A stretch of DNA of 64,000 bases from Paramecium tetraurelia (taxonomy: Eukaryota), in the NCBI GenBank assembly GCA_000165425.1, contig CT867998.1, positions 124,001 to 188,000 on the forward strand. The letters are read 5' to 3'. Shown one piece after another: positions 26,171 to 38,066 of this stretch. The position numbers and the translations under genes are program-made. Positions within the stretch are counted from its first letter, which is position 1; the number at the start of each line of letters is the position of its first letter. Under the pieces are notes generated by a model that saw nothing but the letters and a program-made list of their open reading frames with translations, was not told where the DNA came from and did no database searches.

Positions 26171-27492
26171 ATGAAGGTTAGCATATTAGTGTTCATCTTA
26201 CTTTCTTGCACATTTGCAAAATAGTTGTATGATGTAAAAAAATCATATGTCACTCCTGTGAATGAAATCAATTTTGAGAAATAAATTAACAAAATCAGAC
26301 AAACAACAAAATATGTTACTATCGTGCATTTCTATAAATACTCAGGTATGTTTGCGAATTTGATTGGTAGATGGAGAAAGTAGATCATTTGCACCAAAAT
26401 ATGATGAATTTACAAATGAATATAAAGGTATTTTCAGAATAGCCTCATGTGATTGTGACGAAGCTGAAAAGATTTGTTAGAAAGAGAGTGTCTCAAAATT
26501 CCCCACATTTAGAGTATATCCTCCATATCCAGTTCCAGCAATTGATTATGAGGGTCCTCTTGAAATAGATGGAATCTTGAAATTGGCTACAAAATATATC
26601 CACAACAATGTTATCGAAATTACTGAAGCTAACATTAACACATTTATCAATGAAAACCCTACAGTTCCTAAAGTGCTATTATTTAGTGAAAAGAAAGGAT
26701 TCCCATTAGTTTTCAAAGGATTGAGTGTCGAATTTGAGGTATGTGCATTTGTTTAATATTCATAGAAAAAATTATCATTTGGTATAGTGAGATCATCTGA
26801 AAAGGCCTTATTGGATAGATACAATATCAAAGCATTCCCTAAGTTGTTACTTGTAAAGACTAATGAAAAAAAACCATTCCCATATACAGGAGAATATAAA
26901 TTCAAGCCAATGTTTGATTTCTTGAATGTTCACAGCGAAGTCTTCGTACCAGGAGGTGGATCTTCTTCTGATAGTGCTGCAACAAAAGAATGGATGATGC
27001 AAGTTGTTCCTTAATTACATCAAAGATCTGCAAATGATATCTGCTTAAAGGTTGATAGTGCTATTTGTGTAATCTTATTGAACAATGGAGATAAACCGTA
27101 AATTATTTAAATTAATATCCTTTAGAGACAATGGATTGGTAGATGAATTGAAGAAATTGAACTAATAATACGAGAGACATATCAATAGAGGAACAGTTTT
27201 CAAATTTATGTGGTTAGACGCAAAGACAGAATCAAAAGTAATTATATTTTGTATAATTATCTTAGTGGGGTTAAACATTAGAATTCTCAGGTGAACCAAA
27301 AATAGTGTTATTGAATCCAACTAAAAGAAAGCGATTTGCTGTTCATGATGGTGAAATGACATTTGAAGGAATATGTATATAGATTAATTAACTATTATTT
27401 TAGAAAGAACTCTAGAGAAGTTGATCAGTGGAGATCTCAAATTCAAAAATTTAGGAGAGTCATTACCCGATTTTGTGAAAATTGATTTGTGA
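26171..27492 (+). CDS. ER thioredoxin-fold (PDI-like) protein lacking the CxxC active site
   Basis: Signal peptide MKVSILVFILLSCTFA; thioredoxin-fold features (IVHFYK..., FRIASCDCDEAEKIC...VSKFPTFRVY; RYNIKAFPKLLLV); C-terminal KIDL* as an ER-retrieval-like signal; 5 short introns. Confidence 0.85.
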
Positions 27493-27624
27493 ATATTGTT
27501 AATTAGCTTATCATTAATATTTATTTATAATGTCATAAATATATATATACAAATAATTAACACATTTTAAGATGTATATAGTGTTTAATATACTTTAAAT
27601 AATAACAACAATATTATATATTTT

Positions 27625-27982
27625 ATGAAACTATTGATATTATTAATACTATTATCAAGTGTCTTATGTAGAGAATATAGACCAATGGCTGGAGGGAGAT
27701 TTAAGCCAGACCAAAATGATGAAGGACTGGGATAGGCAATAACATATGCGAAATAGCATTTTGAAAGTTTAAATGGGTTAGATAATAATAGCATCTTGTG
27801 ATGGGACTTCTGGATATGAATGGGATACAACAACGGATGTGGAATAGTAGATTGTGAATGGAAGCAATTACTATATTTCAGCTTAGTTGAGAAATGGGGA
27901 TAAAATAAAAAAAGTTTAAATTGTAGTTTATATGCCTGCATCTCCACCAGACATAAGAATAACATCATGTTCAGTGTTATGA
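27625..27982 (+). CDS. Secreted cystatin-like cysteine protease inhibitor (110 aa)
   Basis: Signal peptide MKLLILLILLSSVLC; N-terminal MAGG; QxVxG motif EQQIVNGSNYYI, visible only with TAG=Gln. One 25-nt intron at 27767-27791. Confidence 0.85.
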
Positions 27983-28001
27983 AATATGTAGATAAGATGA
28001 A

Positions 28002-28743
28002 TCAAATAATATAGTCTGTTTTGATTTTTTTATTTTATTGATCCTGTCCAAAGACTCTAGAGACCAATTTAATGAGATCTTTTTTTGTAATACTTTTTTC
28101 TAGAATTCTGAATAGAGACTCTGCAGTGATGTTGTTGGTGAGCCAATCAAACATTGTCTCTTATTAATGATCGTTTTTTTATCTAGATTAGTAAATCTCT
28201 ATATGTGTTACTTTAGTTTACATAATTCTTACCATAAATAGGCATTCTCTTTTTATAATTTATCACTTTGCTGAATGAGATATTTGAACAAAGACTCTAA
28301 CTCTTGATTTCTCAAAGTCAAAATAGATAATTGTTGATTAATTTATTCAATGCTAGGCAGTACGATAATTTAATCATTAACTTTTCTTTTAATTTAGGGA
28401 AGCAGTTCTCTTATTTGTCTTTAATATATTTTACTTCTAATTTCTTCTGAATAATTTGTGTTTAAATGAATACTTTTCTGTCTTATGAAAATCATAAATA
28501 TTCAACTTAAGTTCTTATATATAATTGAACTACCTGACGAACAAACGAAGAGTAATTGGAATGCTTAAAGTAATTAGGCAATATGTAATTCTGAAATATA
28601 TTGATATCTTTCACATCAAATCTATCTCCATTGTCATTCCAACTAACAATATCATCATAATCTTGGTGCTTAAATTGATATCAGTCAGATACCTCTAAAA
28701 TAGAATATACTTTATATAAAAACCCAGGACCTTCTTTATTCAT
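28002..28743 (-). CDS. HSF-type DNA-binding transcription factor
   Basis: PGFLYKVYSILE|HQDYDDIVSWNDNGDRF...ILPNYFKHSNYSSFVRQ|LNIYDFHK...FKH, followed by a coiled coil. Confidence 0.92.
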
Positions 28744-28748
28744 TAATT

Positions 28749-29820
28749 ATGTTATTAATTATACTATTAGCATTAAATGCATTTGCGTATCTGCATAAAC
28801 AGGAATAACACTGGATGGACTTGTATAACAAAATGAACTCAATTAAAGAATTTCTGTCTCAATTGGAATACTATACGGCTTTGGAGAAGCTAGAATTCAA
28901 ATCACAGGAGAATCTTGAATTCGAAGAGGAAAGTCTAACAATTTACAAAGAACACTATTAGGAAGTAAACATAACAACTCATAATCTAGATTATAAATTC
29001 CTTTAAGTAACAATTGACATTTAATAAAAACGAAAAGGAAGATATAAAATTATTTTTGAGGGAAACATTTCCAGAAGTTGTAGAAAGGATAAAACGTATT
29101 ATTGTAGATAAAGTAAATTAATACTTAATTTAAGGAAAAATTAATCGAAGGCGACATTAAAGAACTAGCTAAACTCAAACATTAATAGCCAGAAGACATA
29201 AGTCAAAGATTTGAAGAGTTCAATCATTTACATAAGAAAATTTAGGAAGGTACTTAAGATTAATCAATCAAGATTAGTTTTGGAATAGAATGATGAATAA
29301 ATCATTTATAAAACAGTAGAATTATTGGAATCAAAGATTATGATAGGCTCTTTCAAATAGATACAAAGTTAGGAAGTCGATTTCTTTATGAAGAGTGTTG
29401 ATAAACTTTTCAGGGAAAAGCAGAATCCTCATAAGAAATAAGATGCAATCCAATTACTCAGTCTAATGAGCAGTGTAATATCAGAATATCTTATTAAAAT
29501 CGTGAATGATTAAATTGAATCATCCTTTGAATTTCTGGATAAGGAACTCTTCTTTACCGAATCCAAAAAGACTCATTTCAATGCAAAGGAATAATACATC
29601 AATCTCTTAAATAGATTAGATTGTAATGTTTATCTTATTTTAAGAATTTCATTAAACAGTTTGGAAATAACTGATGGAATTACCATATGATAGCGATTAA
29701 TTAGAAATAGCTGAAAAATAGTTTGAATAAGCAACATAAATAGGGACTCGTGCCATATCATATCATACATAATTTATTGATATGGTAAAAGCAATGTTAG
29801 AACGGTTTTTGTAAAGATGA
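28749..29820 (+). CDS. Secreted helical/coiled-coil protein, unknown function
   Basis: MLLIILLALNAFA signal peptide, then YLHKQEQHWMDLYNKMNSIKEFLSQLE..., several short introns. Ends AMLERFLQR*. Confidence 0.75.
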
Positions 29821-30464
29821 ATTAAGTTTATATAATTAAACTATTCATCATCATCTCTCAAGTTATTAGAAACTAATTTAGTTATATATTTATTTCCATC
29901 TTAAAGTAAATAAATATATCTGATTTTATGCCCTTTCCACTATCAATAATTCTAAGATAAATTTGTCATCTAAAAAATTCTTAGAATACTGTTTTCTTAT
30001 TCATATATTTTTGTCTTATAACTTTTACTCCTCTTTAACTTTTCTTGATGCTCTAATTATAATTTATTGTATTCAAATATTGTTTTCAATCATTCAAAGT
30101 ATATTAGATCTATTTATAACTAAATATTATTCTTGCTGAATAACGGTAACTCAGACATTCCTTATCCAGATAAAACGAAAATTTACTAAAAAGGCGTACT
30201 TTATAATCAAATTCATTTTAGATCCTGGAGTTGTTCTACAATTAACAGAGTTATCCCAAGTAGAGAAAGATACAATGTAACTTCAAAAGACAAAATATCG
30301 CATTTTCATTATAAATGTATCTTAACACCTCATTCTGAATTAGTTGTTTCTATTCATCATAACATTTATTTAAAGCTTAATCAACTAAAAAAAATGTTCA
30401 AAGGTTTAATCTATATTGTTAATTCATATATATTTCAAAATTAAATACATATACAATATTATAA

Positions 30465-31745
30465 TCAAAATAGAATTGATTTCCGTTCAGAAGTGAGTTT
30501 CTATTGGTTAACTTTGATAATTTAAGAATTTAGTTATTATACCTTCTAGAACTATTTAATCCTCTTAACGAATTTCTCTGAATCACTTTATAGAATTTGA
30601 TTTTAGATGGCTTTACTAGTTCTATACATATTATCGATATTGATTTCTAACATTGAATTAAGAGATGAATCATTAGACATGCTGATATTGCGAGAAGTTA
30701 AATCATTATTGAAGTTCTAAATAAAATGTTTTGGTCTGTCAACATTTCTTGTAGTCTAACACATCCTCTCAGAAGTATCTAATTTTTTTCCTTTCTCTTT
30801 ATTTCTCATGAACATGTAAGCATATAACTTTACATCTTTGCTTAAGGGATCATTCAAAACATATTTGTCTTTTTAGAATCCTTAATATTGATTATTTTTC
30901 AATAACAACTTTCTTTTAGCTTTATTCAAGATATCCTATTCTTTTTATTGTTTCTCATTAACAAACTTCTTCAATTAATCATTAATTGCATCTCGAACCT
31001 TCTATTTAATAAATTATTTGTTATCACAACTGGTAGTATTTTCATTTTACTTTTCAACCTTTTTAACTCTTAAATATCCATGGGTTGTATATTTTACGTT
31101 ATCAAATTCACGCTATCCATTAGCTCTCTCAGTCAATAGATTTCTCTATTTTATCTTATTTTTATTTTCTTCACTCACCTCATAGAGTTGTCTAAAAAGT
31201 TACACATCTCTGAGATTGTTGTCTTCATTTGGTTCGGTTTATGAGTTCCTTTAAATTAATTTCTTTATTTTCTCAAATCTTTAAAATACTCGCACTTTTT
31301 TCTCGATTTCTTCATCTGTGAGTCCTTGTTAATGCAACGATTTGTATTTGTTTCCCACTTGCAATTAATTAGCAAACATGTTGGCTCTCTTAATGAGTTT
31401 GATCCTGCTTTTTAACTTGGCTTCCTTTTTACTTATGTGATTGCATTCATTAACTAAATTGAGAGCAGAACGTTCCCCACATAAATATTCCCTAAAACCT
31501 TGTCTAAGCTTTTCATTGAACTAAAATGGGTTTGGTTAATGCAACGGAGATTGTGTGCATATTGGATCATTTATCAATTAATATTTTGATGCAGCTAATC
31601 TCTTTGCCTGATTTCTAGATTTAAGAGCATTGTTAAAATTTCCAAACATTTGATCCCAAATTAATAAGTTCTATCGATTGCCTTCAGCTGTAGATTAAGG
31701 AGTGCTTGCTAGAGTTGTCCTAGATTTAGAAGTAATCTTTAGCAT
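30465..31745 (-). CDS. Uncharacterised basic coiled-coil protein
   Basis: MLKITSKSRTTLASTPQSTAEGNRQNLLIWDQMFGNF...KLTSERKSILF*. Confidence 0.75.
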
Positions 31746-31967
31746 TTAATTGATTCTATAAAATAAATTACACAAAACTCATTCAATCCTATTGAGATTG
31801 ATGGTTTATATGTACTTATTAAGTTATACACAAACATTAATTCAAAAATTCATTTTAAAAAAATGAAACTATCACTAAATTCAATACTTGTATTTTGTAA
31901 AGTATATATATAAGGAGTAAGAGTGAAGTTCTTGTAAATATTGAGTAATTAATTTTTATTATTAAAT

Positions 31968-32733
31968 ATGAATTATTAAGACCCTACTATTTTGGCATTA
32001 AAATAATAGAATGTTGAACAGCAGAGATAAATAGAATAATTGATGGGGAGAGTCAATATGCTCATTAAATAATAATAACTATTGAGACCTCCAAATAAAA
32101 AATTAGAAATTGTGTATAAAAAGAAAAAACTTCATGACGAAATAGTAGATGAAGTAATTAAAACATTTACTTCTATTATAGCTAAAATCGGCTAAGGAAT
32201 CTCTTTATGATCCACTGACTGAGAAAAGGAAAAAGGATGATAACTTTATCAAGAGGTTCCAACTCAATAAGGCGATTAAAACAGCCAAAGCACAAGTCGA
32301 AAAGGAACGTGAAGAACAGGCTAATTATATGAAGAAGATTAGTAGCATTCATTAGAAATCGATCGAAGAACAGAAACTATAGATGTATTAGGAAAAAAGA
32401 ACAAACAGGAATAAAGTCTAATTAAATGAATTTTAATCTAAATACAATTATTAATTATATTGGGATGAGAGAGTAAAGAAATTTGAATAAGAGTAAAAAA
32501 GTGTTAAGCATCAGCTATCTAAATCTATGATGGATTAAGAAAATTTAATGAATTATTTGGAACAATAAGAAACACTATTATTGGGAAGATTGCAATAGAG
32601 TAAGTCTTCTCAATAGTTCTTATAATAAAAATTAGAAGATGCCTAAAGATTAAAGGCGAAAGATTTTGAATAAAAATATGGGAAGCCCAAAGAATCCAAG
32701 TTTTAATAAGTACTAGATATCAAGGCTAAATGA
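31968..32733 (+). CDS. Coiled-coil protein (245 aa)
   Basis: MNYQDPTILALKQQNVEQQRQIEQL... One 28-nt intron restores the frame (738 nt). Ends LDIKAK*. Confidence 0.75.
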
Positions 32734-33056
32734 TGAACATTTTTTTATATTTAATAAATTAATTACCTATTATGACTTAATTTATAATATTGTTGCAAAA
32801 TAAGTTATATAATTATTTATAAGATTCATTTTAATCATATTTCAACTAGTTTTTTTTTTATAATAATATACTATATTTAATGAATCAATTATTCTTTGTG
32901 AATATACTATTTCAAAACGATTAAAAATTTTATTAATACTAAATAATTTCTTAAATAAAATAGATTGGTTACTTTTTAAGATCAAGAATTAAGATGATTA
33001 GCAATTATTTATACATCTTATCTATGTTGTTTTTATTATTATTTTATATTTAATAT

Positions 33057-36000
33057 TCATTTTCTAACTTGTGATTTGAAAGCTAACAAATCATTTTCCA
33101 ATTAAACTTTATCCAATTTCAATTATTCTCTTTCTTTTGTTCTTTAATCCAAATCTTTCTTTAATTTATCACAGTCTGTTTGTAATTATTTATTCTGTTT
33201 TTCTGAACTTGTCCATTTGTCATTCATTAATCCAATTTGCGATACTTTAGCTTCTAATTGTCCCTGTGTTTATTTGACTTTTGTTAACTCATTGACATTC
33301 TAGTCAAATTATTACTTCAATTAATTGAATTGATCCTCCTTAGTTTTCAATGTACTTTATAAAACAGCAATTTAATCCTTTAATCTTTATAATTCTTAAT
33401 CTTTCTTATCTCTATCCTTTGTCAGATTTGCTAAATCCTTTTGAGCTTGAGCTAATAGAATATCATATATATAGATTACCTAATTGTTATTCAAGTACTT
33501 TTAATTTGTCTGCCAATACTTTTTTATCTTATAATTATTGTTCCAAACCTGCAATTGTTTGTTTTAATTTATCACTTTCATTTCCTTTCTGTTCAAATGT
33601 TTGTTTGATTCTTGTAAATTCTTATTCAGTTGTTTATGTTTGTTTTTTGAAATCATTAAATTACTTTTCAATCAATCTAATTCTATTCAATTCAACTTCA
33701 CTTGTACTAAGTTTTTGTGATAATACATCATTTTCAGTCACCTTATCCTTATACAATTATTGTAAACGATCGACTTCTTTAGAAAGTTCTTAAGCCTTTC
33801 TATCTGCCTCAGGTAATCTGTCTTTGAATCCTTGTAACATATTAATTTCTTATTGAGCCTTATTCAACTATCTAGTTAATTCATCCAATTATCTCAGATA
33901 GTCTTTGATTTAATCTTCTTAATTCCTACATTTCTCATTCACTGATTACAATTGAACAAGTTATTGATTCAAAATTATTATTTAAGAATTCAATTACTAG
34001 ACTTCTAGTACTCTTTCTATAAGTTTCTTATTTAAATCATCATAGTCCTTTAATTTTTCATCTAATTTTTATTAGAAATCTTTAACTTGGGTTTCAAGAG
34101 TTGAAATTTCTGCTTTCAACTTTAAGATCTAAGCCTTGAGATCTTCTATTTCTTTATTTCTTTTTTCAAGAATCAGCTTCAATCTATCAATTTCTTATGC
34201 CAAAAAGACTGTTTTGGATTCAAGGTCACCTATTTTCTTTTCCAACAATTCATTGTCCTTTAAGACCTAATCATAATTCTATCGGTAGTCTTTTAATTCT
34301 TCATTAAGTGTAGCATTCTCATTTTCTAATTGATGAATTTTCCTGTCTGCTTCTTCTAAATCCTTTTCTGCCATATCAAGACTGTGATCTCTATCTTGGA
34401 TTAATTATTATAATCTCTCTATTTCTTTACGTTGATCTTCAATTTAATCTCTTAATTATTAGATCAAGAATTCCAATTCTCTTATTTTTGATTCTGCATT
34501 AGAGAGATCATTAGCTAATCTATTTAATTCCTAATCCTTCTAGGCAATTATATCTTCTGCTCTTTATAAATCTGATTCTAATCTTCTGATGATACTTTCC
34601 TGTTCTTTGATGAAATTGTCCTATCCTGAACTATTGTTCTTCAAATTAGAGTTCTCATTTTCTAATTGTCCATATCTATTCCTCCAAGTATCTAGATCTG
34701 ATTGATATTGTCTCAATTGAGAATTGAGATCATTAATTTAAGATTCATAGTTTCTGATGGCTGTATTGTATTTGCCTTCCAAATCTCCATACTTCAATCT
34801 CCAATCATCGATTTCCCTTTACATCTAATCAATGATCTATCTTAATCTATTGATCTCATCGTCCAAATTTCTAACAACTCCATTCAACCTATCTATTTCA
34901 CTCTAAGCCTATCTATACTAATTTTCTAGATTAGTGTATTTAGAAGTCCATTCATCAATGGTATTTCTCAACTCAGATTGTAATCTGTTAATATCATTCT
35001 CTCTATCTCTCAATAATCCATTGAGTCTTTCTGACTCACCTCCTGAAGAAGATTTGTAATTTGAGAATTGCATCTCCAGAGCACTGTACTTGTTTCTCCA
35101 ATCGTCTAAGTCTCTCTTATATCTTTCAATTTCTGAGTCTCTATCTCTAAGTTGATTTTTCAAATTATCCAACTCTGATTAATACTAGGCTATTTTAGAA
35201 TCATAATCTCTCCCCTTGGCTTCCCATTCTCTAAGTTTATTTTGATAATCAGATATCTGAGTTTCGTAATTCTTAATTTTGAGTTGATACTCTGAAATCT
35301 AAGTTTCCAATTCCTTAATTCTCTTATTCAATCTGTCTATATCTGATGAGGAATTTCCTTTAAGATTCTTTATCTCGTTAATATAATTCTCAATCTCCAA
35401 TTTCAACCTCTTAATATCACTCTCAAAGTTGGATTTCTCTGTATTCCAAGTCGACTTCAGATTATTTATTTCTGTTGTGTACTTACTCTCTTAATCCTTC
35501 AACTATCGTTCCAAATCCTTGATTCTCTACTCTGCCTATTATAACTTATTGGCCAATGTGTTGTCTACCTATCCCAACTTTGATTTGTATTGGTTGATCT
35601 CATCCTCTAAAGCCTTGATTTTCACGTTTTGCTAATCAATAGTTGTCCTATAAGATTACTCATCTTTCTTACTTAAACTGTTAGACCTCAAGATTATACT
35701 TCTCCTGAAGTGTAGTGTACTCACTCTGCAATTTCGAGTAGTTACCTTACAACTCATTGATAAAGGCTCTTTGATCTGAGTTTTCCCTCTGCAGTCTGTC
35801 CACTTCTAAAGCAAGTAAGAAGCACACAACTTCAGGCTTCTCTCCAAGCCATTTTCGTTCCTTTGATGGTGGAGGCACATTCACAACCTCCTATTAAGGC
35901 TTCACTCTTTATGATATAAATGAAAGAAAAGTACAGTACGGATTTACGCTGTGTGCTGCTTCTTTGGGGTGCTTCAGTTGTGTTGGTACTTGAATATTGT

Positions 36001-36083
36001 GAAGAAGTTGTGGTAGCTCCTCCTATTCCAGAAGAACGCACCGTAGATGATATGCTGCTTGAATATCTTGATGAATAAGACAT
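33057..36083 (-). CDS. Long coiled-coil, probably cytoskeletal, protein with Ser/Thr-rich head
   Basis: Head MSYSSRYSSSISSTVRSSGIGG, then roughly 900 aa of heptad-rich sequence with recurring EIDRL and DxWxxKYxxLE motifs. Ends FKSQVRK*. Confidence 0.85.
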
Positions 36084-36894
36084 TAATAAAATTTATTAAG
36101 CGCTGTTTATTAAATTTAATGTAAAACTAGTCCCTGATTAAAGGAACACCAGTATCAAATCAAGCTGAGAGGCAAATTTAGAAAAAAGAAAAATAAATCC
36201 TAATTGGATATTATTGGATTATCAAATTAGAACAAGAATCTCTTGTTCATTCAAATTCTGTCTAATGATATCTTGAAATCTCACATTAAGCAATCTTAGA
36301 CTAAAATCAATGTTGAAAAGAGTGATGATAATAATAAAATAATAGATTGAAATACTTTCATAAAAAAGGATTATAAATTGTACTAAAAATGAAGTGCTGA
36401 GTGTATATGAAATTAAAAAGATGAAATTTGATAATTAGATTATCTTTAACTAAGAATCCTTAAGAATTATCATCATAATAAGTTTGCCTTAAGTTTGTAA
36501 ATCAATTTGGAACTAATTAAATAGAATAAATACCTATATTTTGTAAACCACTTCCAATTCATCCGCTCTAGTAAATTCTAATAAATGTAGAAACTCAAAA
36601 TGTAAGATTTTTCTATTCTGGATTATCTTAGAAAATAATTATATTTATCTGAATTAATAGATATTTCAAAAATGTATTATGTATTCATTTAAGAAGTGAG
36701 TTTAAAATTATTTGGAATGCAAATGTAATACAGTATAAGTAAGTAGTAGAATGAGAAAAAAAATAAGAAGAGTTTAGATAGAGTTTATTCACCATTGATA
36801 ATGAAACTTTAGAATCTTTTTCGGAATACTTATTTAATCATCTCATAATTGAATTGATGGAGGAATTAAAACTTGATAATGTTATTTATTTATC

Positions 36895-37800
36895 TCACTA
36901 TTGTATTTCAAGGGCTATTTTATCAAATGGATATTTGATTGGGTGCTATTTGTATATTTTCTACAATGCCTATATCACAATTGTTCCTAAATCCTTATCA
37001 TTTCCTTCTCTTTTCTTTTTTCTTAATGTTTACAATAGACCCCACAAACATCTTGGCTCATTGGGATTTTTGGATAACACAAAACAATAATAGTTCTTAG
37101 CCTATGAGTAATTTTGATTGCTATAGTTGATCTTTTAATGTGCATTAATATTATTACTTCTGCTAATTTAATCCCTAAATGTAAATCCTGAGTATTAAGC
37201 AATAAAACTTCTTCAAGACAAAATTAAGCCTTGGAGTAGTTCAAGTGTTCTAAATATATGTCAGACAATTCTAGCCATGCTTCAGCATCGTTGGGGAAGG
37301 AAGTGAGAAAAGTATTCAACAAGGCTATTGCCTATTCTACATTATTTTATCTCTTTAACATATATCATTTTCAATTACCCTTAACAATGCTATTTTTCTC
37401 TTTCTTGAATTTTGATCCATCAAATTTTCAGACAGCATCTTCTCATATACCACTTAAGCATTCTCATCCTCTCCATTGGCTTCCAACAAGTATCCTTTTA
37501 ATCTCTAAACCTTTTCAGCTGTAGGGAAATTTTTAAGCAAAACTTAGAGTACTTGCTATTGTCTTTACACATATTTACATCACTTATGTTTATCAATTAC
37601 ATATCAATTGACAAATAAAACAATTCTTGAAGGAGCACTAAATATTCTGAACTTGAGGGTTTGAATTGTCTAATCAACTTATAAATCACAATTGAGAGAC
37701 CGTCCACTATGCGAATGTTACCATTTTTCATTTTATGAAACAACTGCTTTAAATTCTTCATGCTTTCCAACTATTCAATCACTAATTGATGTTCCTCCAT
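36895..37800 (-). CDS. EMC2: ER membrane protein complex subunit 2 (TTC35-like TPR protein)
   Basis: [19 protein letters not shown]...RKRKIALLR...[27 protein letters not shown]...[13 protein letters not shown]...RCLWGL matches the characteristic EMC2 TPR pattern. Confidence 0.85.
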
Positions 37801-38066
37801 TAATATATAAATATTTTAAAATATTTGTGTTAAATAAATACAACTTTGACTTTTTTTGTTACCATATGTAAATCAATATTCAACTTAAAATCATACAAAC
37901 ACAGAATTTAGAAGAGAGATTATAACATTTAACATAAAAATGAATATATTCGAAGGTAAATATGATCTTAAAGATTGCAAAAATTATTTCCTCATTTAGA
38001 GAATAACTTTCTTATCATTCAATATTTCAATTAGTTATTCATTTTAGTATATATAAATATCTAATA

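Noticed and set aside
29850..30450. Additional small genes at ~29850-30450 (-) and ~36200-36880 (+)
   Set aside because: Coding-like patches only; I could not build a consistent start-to-stop model.
35832..35834. Apparent internal TGA as selenocysteine or readthrough in the coiled-coil gene
   Set aside because: An upstream short intron shifts the frame to EKPEVVCFLLALEVDRL, so the TGA is out of frame.
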